A stretch of DNA of 64,000 nt from Porphyridium purpureum (GCA_008690995.1 VRMN01000002.1:1240001-1304000); one strand, 5' to 3'. Counted from the first letter of the stretch, positions 22,689 to 33,680 are shown. The notes: generated by a model from the sequence alone, not told the origin. Numbers and translations: made by a program.

Positions 22689-23138
22689 TTACGCAAAGGG
22701 CCGTGCCAAGGTTTCGACGCTCTCACTGTTTTGTTTCCAGCTCGATCCATCCTCATACACTTCCATTTTCCAGATAGGCACGTGAGCCTTGAGATCGTCA
22801 ATGGCAAACGCGCACGCCGCAATGGCGTCCGCTCGATGTGCCGAACTTACAGCGATGACTACGCTGGCCTGTCCGACGGGCACCGTGCCCAGCCTGTGCC
22901 ACAAAGTTACGTGCTTGACTGCAGGCCACTTCGAAAGCACGCGCTCCGCAATGACTGCCATCTCCTTGCGTGCCATCGATTCGTACGCCTCGTACCGCAG
23001 CTCAACGACGCCCTTGCCGTCAAACGTATTGCGCGTCGTTCCGATGAACGTCGAGATCGCGCCCGCCCCATCATCTGACACCTGCTGCACGCACGTCTCG
23101 ACTGAAATCGGTTCGTGTGTGATCTCCACATGAATCAT
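22689..23138 (-). CDS. MOCS2B: Molybdopterin synthase catalytic subunit (MoaE)
   Basis: GAISTFIGTTR, LRYEAY, HRLG.V..G.ASV, SSAHR and LKAHVPIWKME. Confidence 0.95.
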   Translation of the reverse strand: MIHVEITHEPISVETCVQQVSDDGAGAISTFIGTTRNTFDGKGVVELRYEAYESMARKEMAVIAERVLSKWPAVKHVTLWHRLGTVPVGQASVVIAVSSAHRADAIAACAFAIDDLKAHVPIWKMEVYEDGSSWKQNSESVETLARPFA

Positions 23139-23209
23139 CTTGGACGCCGGTCGAGCCTCTCCGGTCACAGTTAATGTGTCCGGTGAATTCACCCGACGGC
23201 CTTCTTGGT

Positions 23210-23470
23210 CTACCCGCCAGAGATCGGTGGGATAACCGCTACCGAATCGCCGGGATGCAGCTCCAGATTGGCGCTCTCGATATACTCCTCGTTCACGGCA
23301 ATATTACACGACGGAAGTAGCTCGCTTAGCTGCGGGAACTCCTTCAGCACCCGCGTCTCGATAAGCGTCTTGACGCTGATCGGGAATTCGGCGTCAAAGT
23401 CGTGTTCCCGGCACCCGCACAGCTCACGGCTCTTGGCAAAGAAAAGCACCCGGATCTTCTCTGATGCCAT
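23210..23470 (-). CDS. MOCS2A: Molybdopterin synthase sulfur-carrier subunit (MoaD)
   Basis: VLFFAKSRE, AVNEEY and GDSVAVIPPISGG ending in the Gly-Gly terminus. Confidence 0.95.
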   Translation of the reverse strand: MASEKIRVLFFAKSRELCGCREHDFDAEFPISVKTLIETRVLKEFPQLSELLPSCNIAVNEEYIESANLELHPGDSVAVIPPISGG

Positions 23471-23535
23471 TTGAGGCAAACACCGGAACTAATCAACCCC
23501 CCTCGCCCGTCTTTACTGATTGACGCTTTCCCATG

Positions 23536-24654
23536 TTAGACACACACGCGCCTCACCAAAATCGCCGAGTTGGACACTGCCAGCTCGGCGCGCGAGTTAG
23601 AACGCACGGGCGCGATCGGCGCGCCGTGCAAAAGATGTTTCAGCACCGCACTAAACAGCGCGTGATTCAGCACGAAGTCTCGTGACGGCGGCTTATCGCC
23701 ATCTCGTGTTCCAATGCGCACTATGGAATCGAGTGCGGATTGGATCTTCTCTTCGTGAACAGACGTACCGTGTGCTGGGTCTATGCCGCCCTCGACATGC
23801 AGCCAGACTGAGTCTGTCTTCGTGGTGCCCGAAAAGGAGGGCGATGGTGGACACTCGCCTTGTTGAGCTATGTGACTGTCGCCTGATGCGACCTGATTGA
23901 GGCGCTGCATGCACGCGTTGCCGTTGTGGTCAAAATCGAGAACATTCAAGCACGCGTTGTCCTGGTCGATGGCGAGATGTCGTCCAGACACGCACGGCCA
24001 TCCCAATGCACTCGCAAGAAGAGCCTTATTAGTATGGTTGTGAGCGATTACCAATACGCATTCCGGGTCAGCGTTCCATTCGTCACTCAAGGCAAAACGC
24101 TGCTGCGCTCGCAGGAGACCCCAAAACGCTTCTGCTCGTGACCAGACGTCGCCCACTGGTGAATACGTATCATTTTCCGAAGACGCGTACTTGTATGCGG
24201 CCACATCGGCTTTGAAACGTACGTACTCTGTGCGCCATTCCTCTGGCAAGTTTTGTTTATCCAATCCCTCCCACGGCAGCCGGATTTCTTTCAGAAGCGG
24301 CTCGAACTGCACAGATCTGGCCGGCACGATAAGCTCGTCCCACTCATCCACCATCGCGTCGAGCGTCTGTCGGGCGCGCTGGAGCGGCGACACATATATC
24401 CTTTTGATTTGGAATTTCTCTGCGGCAAGCATTCGCGCAAGGCGACGTGCCTGCTGCACGCCCACCGCATTCAACTCGGACGAATCATTTTGCCCCTGGA
24501 AACGTCCGGCCTTGTTCCAAGTCGTTTGGCCATGCCTCACAATCAAAACACGTCGCGCTGGTGGCTTGGTGTCACCGACGGTTGATCGTTTCGGCCGAAG
24601 GTCCTGCGCGCAGCAGATCAGTGTTCCCCACGCGAAACAAGCGCTGACTGACAT
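23536..24654 (-). CDS. Histidine phosphatase / phosphoglycerate mutase family protein (CA1P-phosphatase-like); alternative ATG at 24708
   Basis: VRHGQTTWN...RFQG, SPLQRARQT, L.EI...WEG and VIAHN. Confidence 0.88.
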   Translation of the reverse strand: MSVSACFAWGTLICCAQDLRPKRSTVGDTKPPARRVLIVRHGQTTWNKAGRFQGQNDSSELNAVGVQQARRLARMLAAEKFQIKRIYVSPLQRARQTLDAMVDEWDELIVPARSVQFEPLLKEIRLPWEGLDKQNLPEEWRTEYVRFKADVAAYKYASSENDTYSPVGDVWSRAEAFWGLLRAQQRFALSDEWNADPECVLVIAHNHTNKALLASALGWPCVSGRHLAIDQDNACLNVLDFDHNGNACMQRLNQVASGDSHIAQQGECPPSPSFSGTTKTDSVWLHVEGGIDPAHGTSVHEEKIQSALDSIVRIGTRDGDKPPSRDFVLNHALFSAVLKHLLHGAPIAPVRSNSRAELAVSNSAILVRRVCV

Positions 24655-26083
24655 GGGGACAGAACGGCAGTCTGCCCTACGCCCGACACCTAAAGAACCG
24701 CAGCGCATCGCGCTCGGGATCGAAGGCTCGGCAAATAAGATTGGTGTCGGGATTGTGAAAGAGGATGGTAAGTTGCTGAACGACGAACGAGTGAACTGGC
24801 GCCGTCAGCGCCGGGCTCGACAATAATGGCTACGCAAGTCGGCCTACGGTCAAGATCGTGCACCGCTGCATGCGCTCATGCGCGCTTTGCGCGGGAAGGT
24901 CGCCGCTTGCGAAGAACGACAAAGGAACTTTGGCGTACTGTGAAGATGCCGGTGAAGGGAAGCCCACGTGGCATCGATCTCCATTCCGTGCATAATGAGT
25001 CACGCACATCTACTATGTTGCTCTGCGCGCAGGCGCCCTAGAGAACCTAATTTGAAGTGGGCTAGACACCGAGACTGACATGGATCTTCTCCCACTACCG
25101 CATCGATTATCGCTTTTCTCCTTCGTCCGCGAGCAGGATCGATCTTGGCCAATGTGCGCAAAACGTTTGTACCGCCGCTCGGAAGTGGCTTTCTGCCGAA
25201 AGAGACGGCGCAACATCATCAGCAACACGCTGTCGGGCTGATTCGACAGGCCCTGGAAGAAGCGCGGCTGAGCCCGCGTGACTTGTCAGTCGTGTGCTAT
25301 ACCAAGGGCCCCGGAATGGGTGCACCACTACGGTCGGCGGCCGTGGCTGCACGTACGTTTGCGCTTCTGTATGAGCTTCCTTTGGTGGGAGTGAACCACT
25401 GCATTGGCCACATTGAAATGGGTCGGCTGGTCACGGGTGCTGAGAACCCGGTGGTGCTGTACGTGTCTGGTGGAAACACGCAGGTCATATCCTACTCCGA
25501 CCAGTGCTATCGGATTTTTGGCGAGACAATTGACATCGCTGTGGGCAATTGTCTGGACCGCTTTGCGCGCGTGGTGAAACTGAGCAACGATCCCAGTCCT
25601 GGATATAATATTGAACAAGCCGCGAAGATGGGCTCCCGTTTTGTGGAGCTGCCTTACGTGGTGAAGGGCATGGACGTGAGTTTCACCGGGCTTCTGAGCT
25701 CTGTCGAGCGAGAGGTTGTCAAAATGAACAAGGGCACGACGGATTTCAGCCGCGAAGATCTGTGTTTCTCGATGCAAGAAACAATATTTGCCATGCTTGT
25801 GGAAGTTACAGAGCGCGCCATGGCGCATTGTGGTGAGCGCGATGTGCTTGTCGTCGGCGGCGTGGGTTGTAATCTGCGGCTGCAGCAAATGATGGACATG
25901 ATGGTAGCTCAGCGCGGAGGCCGCGCATTCTGCACAGACGAGCGATTTTGCATTGACAATGGAGCGATGATTGCGTGGGCAGGACTACTCGAGTTCATGC
26001 ACACCGGTGCAACCCCATTTAAAGAAACATGGTGCACGCAGAGGTTTAGAACAGACCAGGTCCACGTATCCTGGAGGCAGTAA
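24653..26083 (+). CDS. OSGEP: tRNA t6A threonylcarbamoyltransferase Kae1/OSGEP; exons 24653-24767 and 25137-26083
   Basis: Exon 1 encodes [15 protein letters not shown] phase-1 intron runs GTAAGT (24768) to CAG (25136). Splicing gives [12 protein letters not shown], followed by [21 protein letters not shown] and CIDNGAMIA. Confidence 0.95.
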
Positions 26084-26383
26084 CGGCACTAAACGAAGAG
26101 GTACATGAAGTGACACTGCTGATCCCGCAGGAGGGTGCCCTGGCGTGGCGTGCTTGCCTCTGAGTGTCAGTCCCAACTTTCTGCGAAGCCAAGCAGTTCT
26201 TTGCAAACCTCTTGCGTGTGACACCAGACAAATCAAGAAAAGGAGGGTAGAAAAGGAACTCCATCAAACTGATGGGGTGAGAAAGGCGGCATTTTTAATC
26301 GATTTGAGGCGAGCAGGGTGGGTGCTCCCAACCTTTCATTCTCAAATTTGGCTACAAAGAAGTATAAAACCGTGGCTAGCTGT

Positions 26384-27274
26384 TTACAGCGAGCAGCCCA
26401 ACTCGCTCAATTTAACGTGCGCAGCAGAGTAGTCCTTGAAAAAGGCCTCTTTGTCCTCCGCGTACAATTTAACCAATCCGAGCAACTCCTCCTCCGACAT
26501 GAGCGCCTCATCACTCACCAGGCGCAGCAGGCTCGGGTCGTTGTTCGCCAGGAGCTCAACAAAGTAGGTGTTGTCAAAATCGAGCGGCTTCTTCGTCCAC
26601 GGCTTATCTTCAAAGCCTGAGCGGTCGCTGTGAGCGCGCCCAAACGTATGCGCACCAGACAGCAGCAGGATTTCCTTGTCGTCCAGGCCCATGCCGTAAA
26701 AGACCTCGCGCAGATGCTTCATGCCCTGGGTGGCGTCCGGCAGGCGGCCGTCCTCAGTGCACTCTTCCTCGGTGGCATCTTTGCGGCCCATCTTGAACGG
26801 AATCTTTGGCCCACCGCCAAACTCGATGCCCACGACCGATGCGAGCTGGAACAGATCGGCGTAGGACATTTCCGGCACCTTTGCCTTGATGGGCTCGAGC
26901 AGATCAATCGCGATCTTGAGGCCCGCGTTTGCTCCGTGCGCGATTTCCGGCCCGTAGCGGATAGACGCGTTCGCGCCGCCCGTGTTTGTGGCGGCGCGGT
27001 ACGTGCCTGCGTCGTGCCACGCGAGGCGCACCATAATCGGCATGCACGGCGTCTTCTCGTACAGCGCCTTGAGCTCGGCGCGCGCCTTTTCCTCGAGCTC
27101 CGGCGCCTGCACGGCCATTGCAACAACACCGTCGCTGCCCCGCGCGGCGACGCGCACGCTGCGCACGCGCGGTACACCGGCCACGGCGCGCGCGTGCCCT
27201 GCGACGCCGCACTTGCTGCTCAGCGCACCTGCCGCGCCATTCTTGACCGCTCCGACTCCCCCCACAAACGCCAT
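26384..27274 (-). CDS. APX: L-ascorbate peroxidase with plastid transit peptide
   Basis: MAFV start, PIMVRLAWHDAGTY, GRLPDA, LSGAHTFGRAH and KLSELG. Confidence 0.93.
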   Translation of the reverse strand: MAFVGGVGAVKNGAAGALSSKCGVAGHARAVAGVPRVRSVRVAARGSDGVVAMAVQAPELEEKARAELKALYEKTPCMPIMVRLAWHDAGTYRAATNTGGANASIRYGPEIAHGANAGLKIAIDLLEPIKAKVPEMSYADLFQLASVVGIEFGGGPKIPFKMGRKDATEEECTEDGRLPDATQGMKHLREVFYGMGLDDKEILLLSGAHTFGRAHSDRSGFEDKPWTKKPLDFDNTYFVELLANNDPSLLRLVSDEALMSEEELLGLVKLYAEDKEAFFKDYSAAHVKLSELGCSL

Positions 27275-27814
27275 TGCACTCACTTCCCGCTTCAGTCCGA
27301 CCACAGCCCCACGCTCCTCTCCAGACCGCTCTTTCCACCCACAATGTACAATCCTCTTCCTTCCTCTCTGTGTCTGTCTCTCTCTCTCTCTCTCCTTCTT
27401 CCTTTGCCGTCCCAGCCGAATCGCGTTCCACCTCTGTCCAAAATGGCTCGATCTCGTGCGGTGCGGATCCACCAGGCGCCCATAACAGCACGCGCACGTT
27501 CCACGTCGCTGAGATTCCGCTCTCTCTGGAACAATTGCGCCCGCCGTGGGTGGGTGGGCGCGGCGTTCATATGAAAACACACCACGTTTAATAGATACGC
27601 GGTACAGCCGCTGCTGTACGGCTTGGCGGCGGGCGCGTGTGCGTGGTCGATGCGCCAAGTCGCTCGCACGCGGCCAGAGTCGCCCGCAACACGTGATGCA
27701 CGCGCGCGCGCGCAAGGTGGGGGACGGCATTCGGAGCGGTTAATACATGGCAAGCGCACAGCGGGAGTGTATGTGTGCTACAGTTACAAGAACGGACGCC
27801 GCAGAAACGCAGCG

Positions 27815-28534
27815 TTACTTGTCGTCCAGCTCGATCGCGTCTTGGTCAAAGTGGATGTGCAATGCCGGGTTCAGCAGCCACGGACGCACGGCGTGGTCCA
27901 TGAGGTAATGCGCAAACCAGTCGATCGGCTTGACAATCACCGGAATGGCGCAAAGCCCTACGAGCGTGCACGCGCTGTGCAGCGCGGATGCCGACACGGC
28001 ATGCATGTGGTTGTCCAGCAGCGCGTTGTTACCGGCAGCCATCGCGTGTTCGGAAAAGTACACGACGCGGTTGATGGTGAATCCAGGGAACACCACGCTG
28101 GCCAGCGTTTGCCAAATCAGCGTGTCCAGTGCAATGGCCGATTTGACCCGAGCGGCGTGAGCACCCTCACCGCCGCCGCGGCGCATGGCCTGGTACACTG
28201 CGTCCGCACATACGTACGAAAACGCAACACCGTAGGACAGCGCGACGCCAGGTCCGCCAATGAAGAAGCGAAACGCCTCGCCGCACTCATTCGTATATCC
28301 AATCAGACGCGCCGGCGTGTCGCGGAGAATATCAACTGTCCGTTCGTCGTTGCCCTTGCTGCCACTGTCCACCGCTACGAGCCGCGAACGGTTTTGGCGC
28401 ACCCGTGAGCGCTGTAAACGCGCACATATCCTCCGGCCCTCGGGCACCCACCCGCTCGACCGTGCATGCGGAGCACACAGTGCACCACTGACCACGCCCA
28501 GCGCGGACGGCAGCACAAAGCCCGCTGCGCCCAT
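27815..28534 (-). CDS. MTP18/MTFP1-family protein with N-terminal extension
   Basis: DILRDTPARLIGYTNECGEAFR, DTLIWQTLASV.FPGFTINR and IP.IVKPID. Confidence 0.85.
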   Translation of the reverse strand: MGAAGFVLPSALGVVSGALCAPHARSSGWVPEGRRICARLQRSRVRQNRSRLVAVDSGSKGNDERTVDILRDTPARLIGYTNECGEAFRFFIGGPGVALSYGVAFSYVCADAVYQAMRRGGGEGAHAARVKSAIALDTLIWQTLASVVFPGFTINRVVYFSEHAMAAGNNALLDNHMHAVSASALHSACTLVGLCAIPVIVKPIDWFAHYLMDHAVRPWLLNPALHIHFDQDAIELDDK

Positions 28535-28697
28535 CGCTGCGAACCCTTTGCGAGCGCCCAACCACAAAACAATGCAGCTCCTTTCGCACACCCGCGTTTC
28601 GCACCGACTCTTATCGCCGAGGTGGCCCTAACAGCGCGCGCGAGCGAGCGAGTACCCGCGCGAAACCTCTCAATTACCGCGCGATACTATCTGCTTA

Positions 28698-28769
28698 TCT
28701 GACTGTCTGACTGTCTGACTGTCTGACTGTCTGACTGTCTGACTGTCTTTCTGTCTTTCTGTCTTTCTG
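28698..28769. repeat. Compound 8-mer microsatellite (TCTGACTG)x6 + (TCTTTCTG)x3
   Basis: Read directly from the sequence. Confidence 0.9.
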
Positions 28770-29344
28770 TCTGTCGGTCAGTCTAGCACCAATATTATGT
28801 CGGGGAGTGAATATTCTTTCTCACCACCCGTGAGTTGGTGGCTCTGCTTTATTTATATACCCCCGCCTGACTTCGGAAGGAGCCGTTGGATGAGAACAGT
28901 ATGCGGCATGTGCGCGAAAAGAGGAGAAAAAAAACGACGCCGCACGCAGCACAAATCGGCGCGCATATCAAAAGGGGCGCAAAAACATAGGAGCTTCCAG
29001 CCATGTCATTTTATAAGCTGTAAGCCGCGGTATTTAATATGTGTTGCGCGGCGCGGCGCGGTGGTGGGAGTACAGCATGAGTACTGTGCGCAGCGTCGGG
29101 TCGGGCTGTGCCACGAGTGAGACACATGGCAACGGGACCGAGTCAACGTACGTCATACTTCCTCGTCAATCACTCTCCGATCGCTCTCGATCTAGTTCTG
29201 CTCGCCGTCCATGAGCATGCATCCCAAACATGCCATGTCCAGTCTTTTCAAACATCGACATTCAATGCTTGAAATCCTCATGTCTGATCTCCACGCAAGC
29301 CACTGCGAAGAAAGGGTGCGATTGCGGATGCAGAACAACGTGCA

Positions 29345-30688
29345 TCAGCCGAGCTCCGAATGGAAGGAACGCATGTGCCGCTTCCAGTTGCTTGTGGTCG
29401 AGAACAACGCGGTGCAGATTCCACACTCGAAATCGCGGCGCTTTTCGTGCACGGCGCGCACGTGAAGGCGCAAGTGGGACACTTGGCTGAATTTTCGCTC
29501 ACACTGTTGGCAAGCAAATGAATGCACGCCCTCGTGGACCGTCTTGACATGGCGTCGCAGATCGCTCGAACGCGAAAACACCTTGAAACAGACTGGGCAT
29601 TGATTGACATCATCCGAAGGACAGCGCTTCGATCCAGACCCTGATCCCGATCCTGACCTGGAATCTCGTTCCAGTAGACTATGCCTCCGGTCTGCCGCCA
29701 TGGCTTGCGGTGGCTCACTGCTTTCCCGCTCGAGTGATCGACTGTGCCAAATGGACGATGCTGTAGTCAGCCGGTCAAAGAACAAAAATTGGAGGTGGCT
29801 CATGTTCTTGTAAGATGACCCAAAAGATGCCTGGAATGCCGAGTTTGTCTTCGTCTTGAATGCAAGTTTCCCACTACCTAGGGAAGCCGTCAGCTCCATG
29901 TCGGGTGATGACAAGCGCTCGGCGATGAGACCATGATGTAAACTTGCAGAAAATTCCTTCCACGAATACGTTTCTGCGAGCTCTGCGTCGGACCTCCGGC
30001 ATGAATTTAGTCGCCAGCAGGCGCATGCTCCATAACTACACCTCTGCACGCACAAACCTGACCGCTCAAGAACTGCATGACTCAAAAGCGATGCACCCGG
30101 CTCGATGCGTGTGACGTGAAAGCCATCACTTCTCATCCTGAGATTGTCCCAATGTCGCATGAGAATGATGACAACGGAGCCGTCCGTACACGAGCTCACA
30201 TCCAAGAGCGCAAAACCGAAACGGGTTCTGAAAGCGGTGACACGGTGACCAGGGAGGACCGTGACGCCCTTGGGCATCGGATTCATCCACGAGTTGATCA
30301 TCATCACTGCATGCACAAAACGACTGTTCTTCATTTCTTGACACGTCGGAATCATGACTCCAAAGGTCACTTCGTTGAGGTGCTGCAGGTCAAAGTCCCA
30401 CACGACGGCATTGTCCATTTCCTCTTGGCTCGGCAGAGAAGGCAAACACGCCATTTCTCGCGATGTGAGCTGCTCCCCAAACTGATTAGTCACACCGAAA
30501 TCCGAGGACCACTCGTCGCGCTCCGTTCCATCAGCTTTTGATGCATTCCCATTGGACTCGTCCGTCGAGTCGAATCGCGAGCCCGCACCAGACTCGAGTG
30601 GCTGGTGAAGCCACCGCACGAGCCATGCGTTTACTTCCTCCTCTTCCAGCACAATCCTCAGCACTGACTGGAACGTCGAAGACGCCAT
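29345..30688 (-). CDS. C2H2 zinc-finger protein (three C-terminal fingers), paralog A
   Basis: CPVCFKVF...HVKTVH, CQQCERKF...HVRAVH and CGICTALF...HMRSFH. Confidence 0.9.
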   Translation of the reverse strand: MASSTFQSVLRIVLEEEEVNAWLVRWLHQPLESGAGSRFDSTDESNGNASKADGTERDEWSSDFGVTNQFGEQLTSREMACLPSLPSQEEMDNAVVWDFDLQHLNEVTFGVMIPTCQEMKNSRFVHAVMMINSWMNPMPKGVTVLPGHRVTAFRTRFGFALLDVSSCTDGSVVIILMRHWDNLRMRSDGFHVTRIEPGASLLSHAVLERSGLCVQRCSYGACACWRLNSCRRSDAELAETYSWKEFSASLHHGLIAERLSSPDMELTASLGSGKLAFKTKTNSAFQASFGSSYKNMSHLQFLFFDRLTTASSIWHSRSLERESSEPPQAMAADRRHSLLERDSRSGSGSGSGSKRCPSDDVNQCPVCFKVFSRSSDLRRHVKTVHEGVHSFACQQCERKFSQVSHLRLHVRAVHEKRRDFECGICTALFSTTSNWKRHMRSFHSELG

Positions 30689-31199
30689 CACTTCACAGCT
30701 ACTGGCACTTTCCGGTCCGACATACCGAAAACTCCAGCCCGACCGATACCAACATCAAGACCTTGAACGCTCGCTTCTCGACTAGCCTCTCAGCGCGTTC
30801 AATCGCTGAAGCCGTGAAGGCACGTCACGTGTCAGTGCGACGGGAGACAACAACTGATTGCCTCACGGCTTTTCACTTTGCATAACGGTGTTCTATCCAT
30901 CCGAATCATATTCGCCACGCTCGCTAACCGTTAAGCTGTTTAACCGTTTCGTCGCTGGCTGTGTGTCCCGTGCCAGTTGTGCTGTTTACGGGTATGCGAG
31001 GTCAGACGATGGCATCGCGTCTCTGTACCTCAGCGTTTTGTCAGATCGAACGACTTCTTCGAGCGCGTTTTGCGTCCTCGGTCACCGAACGGCGGCAGCC
31101 GTGGCACTTGGAATGCGCTCCGTGGTGACTGGTTGGATTAACGGGAGGAATGAGCACAGCGAACGGCGGATGAAGTGAAGCATATGTCTGACGGCTGCT

Positions 31200-32513
31200 T
31201 TACTCTTCTGCTACTTCCTGGTGAACATTCCGCACGTGCCGCTTCCAATTGCTCATCAGTGAAAACGTCATCGAACACACAGAGCATTCAAAGTCGCGCC
31301 GCTTCTCGTGAACCACGCGTATGTGGGAGAGTAAGTTGGAGCGTTGACTGAATGTGCGACCGCATTCGTCGCACACAGATCGCTCCGCCCGCTCGTGGAC
31401 CATCTTCAGGTGACGCCGCAAGTCCCGACCTCGATTAAATACCTTGCCGCAGGTCTTGCACTGATGCGTGTCCGGGTCACTTTCGCCCTCCGGCTGAAAG
31501 CCGGAATCAACCGGAGAGTCCAAACGTTGGCGTTTCGTCACAGCCAGGTCCGAGTCAAGCATGACGGTCCAGTCGATTGTTCGCCGATGATGTATGGACG
31601 ACGCGGTGGTAAGACGATCAAAAAACAAGAACTTGACATGATCAATGTTCGGGTACATCGCACCAGATGTCACCTGAAACTTTGATTTCAGATTCAACTC
31701 GAACAAGAGACTTCCATCTCCCAAAAATGTCTGGCACTTCATGTCGGCATTTTCCAGTAGAATGGCTCGAAGCAATTCTTCATACGCTGCCGCAAAATCG
31801 ACCCAGGAATACTTTTGGGAGAGTTGATCCTCCGTCCTGCGACTCGAGATCGCACGCCAACACAAGCAGCTGCCAGGGGTGCATCCTTGCACACATAGAC
31901 CCGGGCGCTCAATCACCGTGTAGCTCAGTAGCTGCGCGCCAGGCTTGACACTAGGGGTGTGAAACGTCTCCACCTTGACGCGGAAGTTGTCCCACATGCG
32001 CTTCAGTGTCACAATGACAGAACCGTCGGTGCAAGAGGACACGGAAATGTAAGCAACGCCATATCGCGTTCGAAACGCTGAGAAGCGCAAGCCAGGAAGT
32101 ACCGACACGCCCTTTGGCAGAGGGACAACAGTGGTGTTAAGCATCATCACACCGTGCAGAAAGCGGCTCTGATTCGAGCCCAAAGACATTGGAATGAGGA
32201 CAGCACACGACAATTTTGTTTGATGCTCCATATCAAAGTCCCATATGATGGCCCGGTCCAGGTCTTCCTGGCGCGGGAGATACGGCATGCATGCCTTTTC
32301 TTGGGGCGCGATCGGATCGTTAAAGCTCGTCTGTACGTCGAAATCCGTCGAGAGATCGCTTGCCACAGAATCACGGGAAGCCTCCGACAGCTGCTGCGAG
32401 AAGGAACCCTCATCCTTATCGCGCCGTGGCTCTATCCACTTGACCAGCCACGTATTTATCTCCTCATCGGCCAACAAGATGTTCAACACAGACGGGAAAA
32501 CCTGCGCGGCCAT
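31200..32513 (-). CDS. C2H2 zinc-finger protein (three C-terminal fingers), paralog B
   Basis: Same architecture as paralog A, with shared blocks such as FLFFDRLTTASSI and HEKRRDFEC. Confidence 0.9.
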   Translation of the reverse strand: MAAQVFPSVLNILLADEEINTWLVKWIEPRRDKDEGSFSQQLSEASRDSVASDLSTDFDVQTSFNDPIAPQEKACMPYLPRQEDLDRAIIWDFDMEHQTKLSCAVLIPMSLGSNQSRFLHGVMMLNTTVVPLPKGVSVLPGLRFSAFRTRYGVAYISVSSCTDGSVIVTLKRMWDNFRVKVETFHTPSVKPGAQLLSYTVIERPGLCVQGCTPGSCLCWRAISSRRTEDQLSQKYSWVDFAAAYEELLRAILLENADMKCQTFLGDGSLLFELNLKSKFQVTSGAMYPNIDHVKFLFFDRLTTASSIHHRRTIDWTVMLDSDLAVTKRQRLDSPVDSGFQPEGESDPDTHQCKTCGKVFNRGRDLRRHLKMVHERAERSVCDECGRTFSQRSNLLSHIRVVHEKRRDFECSVCSMTFSLMSNWKRHVRNVHQEVAEE

Positions 32514-33680
32514 TTTTGACCGCGGCGTTTACGTGTGAGCTCAAGCCGAGACCCACCAAAACACACACGCACCGTTCACCGCGTGCTTCGCGCCAACACG
32601 CCAACCACCCAACCAACACACAAGCGCCTCCCTCCACCAGACCGATTCTGACACCATACAATGCGCTCTCGCACTGTTCCCACCACCGCGGGCACTCGAG
32701 ACCAGTCTCTCTGTCCTCCCCCTTTTCTCCGTCCGTCCGTCCCATCCGCCCTCCCCTTTGACTCCTCGACACCAAGCACTCAAAAGTATGAGGATTTCAT
32801 TACACTTGTGTGCACTCAGACACGCAAAACACGCACACGCATACACAACCAGCCAGTAGGCAGATGCGTGAATCGGCCTTGGCATTTGCTTTTCGACCGG
32901 CCCTGCATTCAGTGAGTCCACCTCCTGAAAAAGGCACACGTTTTTCGCCCGTCCTCGCAGCGGGCGTGAGCTTTACAGAGCATACGGTACAGTGCGGCTC
33001 AAATATACGTGGAACGCGGGTGGCACGCTTGAGAAGCGCTCCTCGCTGGGGTGGTGGGGTATGCGCAAGTGACCTCCCGTAACAAACACCTTGTCTACTG
33101 CCGTCTTAACCTTGAAGAACGAAGAGAAACCTCTGCACCCCAGGCTCACCACAGTGGGACTCTTGCGGGGGTGTCGTGTACGTGCGCGAGTGTTTCTTGC
33201 ACCACGCGTTCCTCGCACACCATATTCGAGATTTACCACCTCTGTCAAATGTCTCTTTTGCCCTCTCCACACATGGAACTGAAAGAAGTTTGGAGTGGTC
33301 GAACTCAAATCTTGCGAAGATATGAGAGAGGAAAACAGATTCCAGTCTAGAAGGTGCGCGGCGCCTCGGAGCGAGAGTCGGCATGTACCCACTGGGACTG
33401 AAAGCACAATTTCTTCCCTTTCAACCGTGACTACAAAACGTCTCTCAATTGCAGAACAACAACCTTTGTCACTCTCCTTTTCTACTACGTCCGGCGCTGT
33501 TATCAGCAGTGTTCGAGAGTGGTTTTACCGCAGGTCTTTTACTCTTACTCTCCCTACCTCTTCTGTCTCCAAGCAAGACCTGACCGCCTAATCCGCGCAG
33601 GCCAATTGCCTATTCATACCTTTATTTCCCGCCAGAGACAGCAAGACGCCGGAAGAAATATTAATGCAAATCATTGTCAT

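Noticed and set aside
24985..25084. Possible C/D snoRNA in the KAE1 intron (TCCGTG...CATGGA stem, ATAATGA, CTGA)
   Set aside because: The C box lacks the G needed for the k-turn, no rRNA-antisense guide was recognised, and CTGAC may be the branch point.
26630..27574. Long ORFs antisense to or overlapping APX
   Set aside because: Shadow ORFs of a GC-biased gene.
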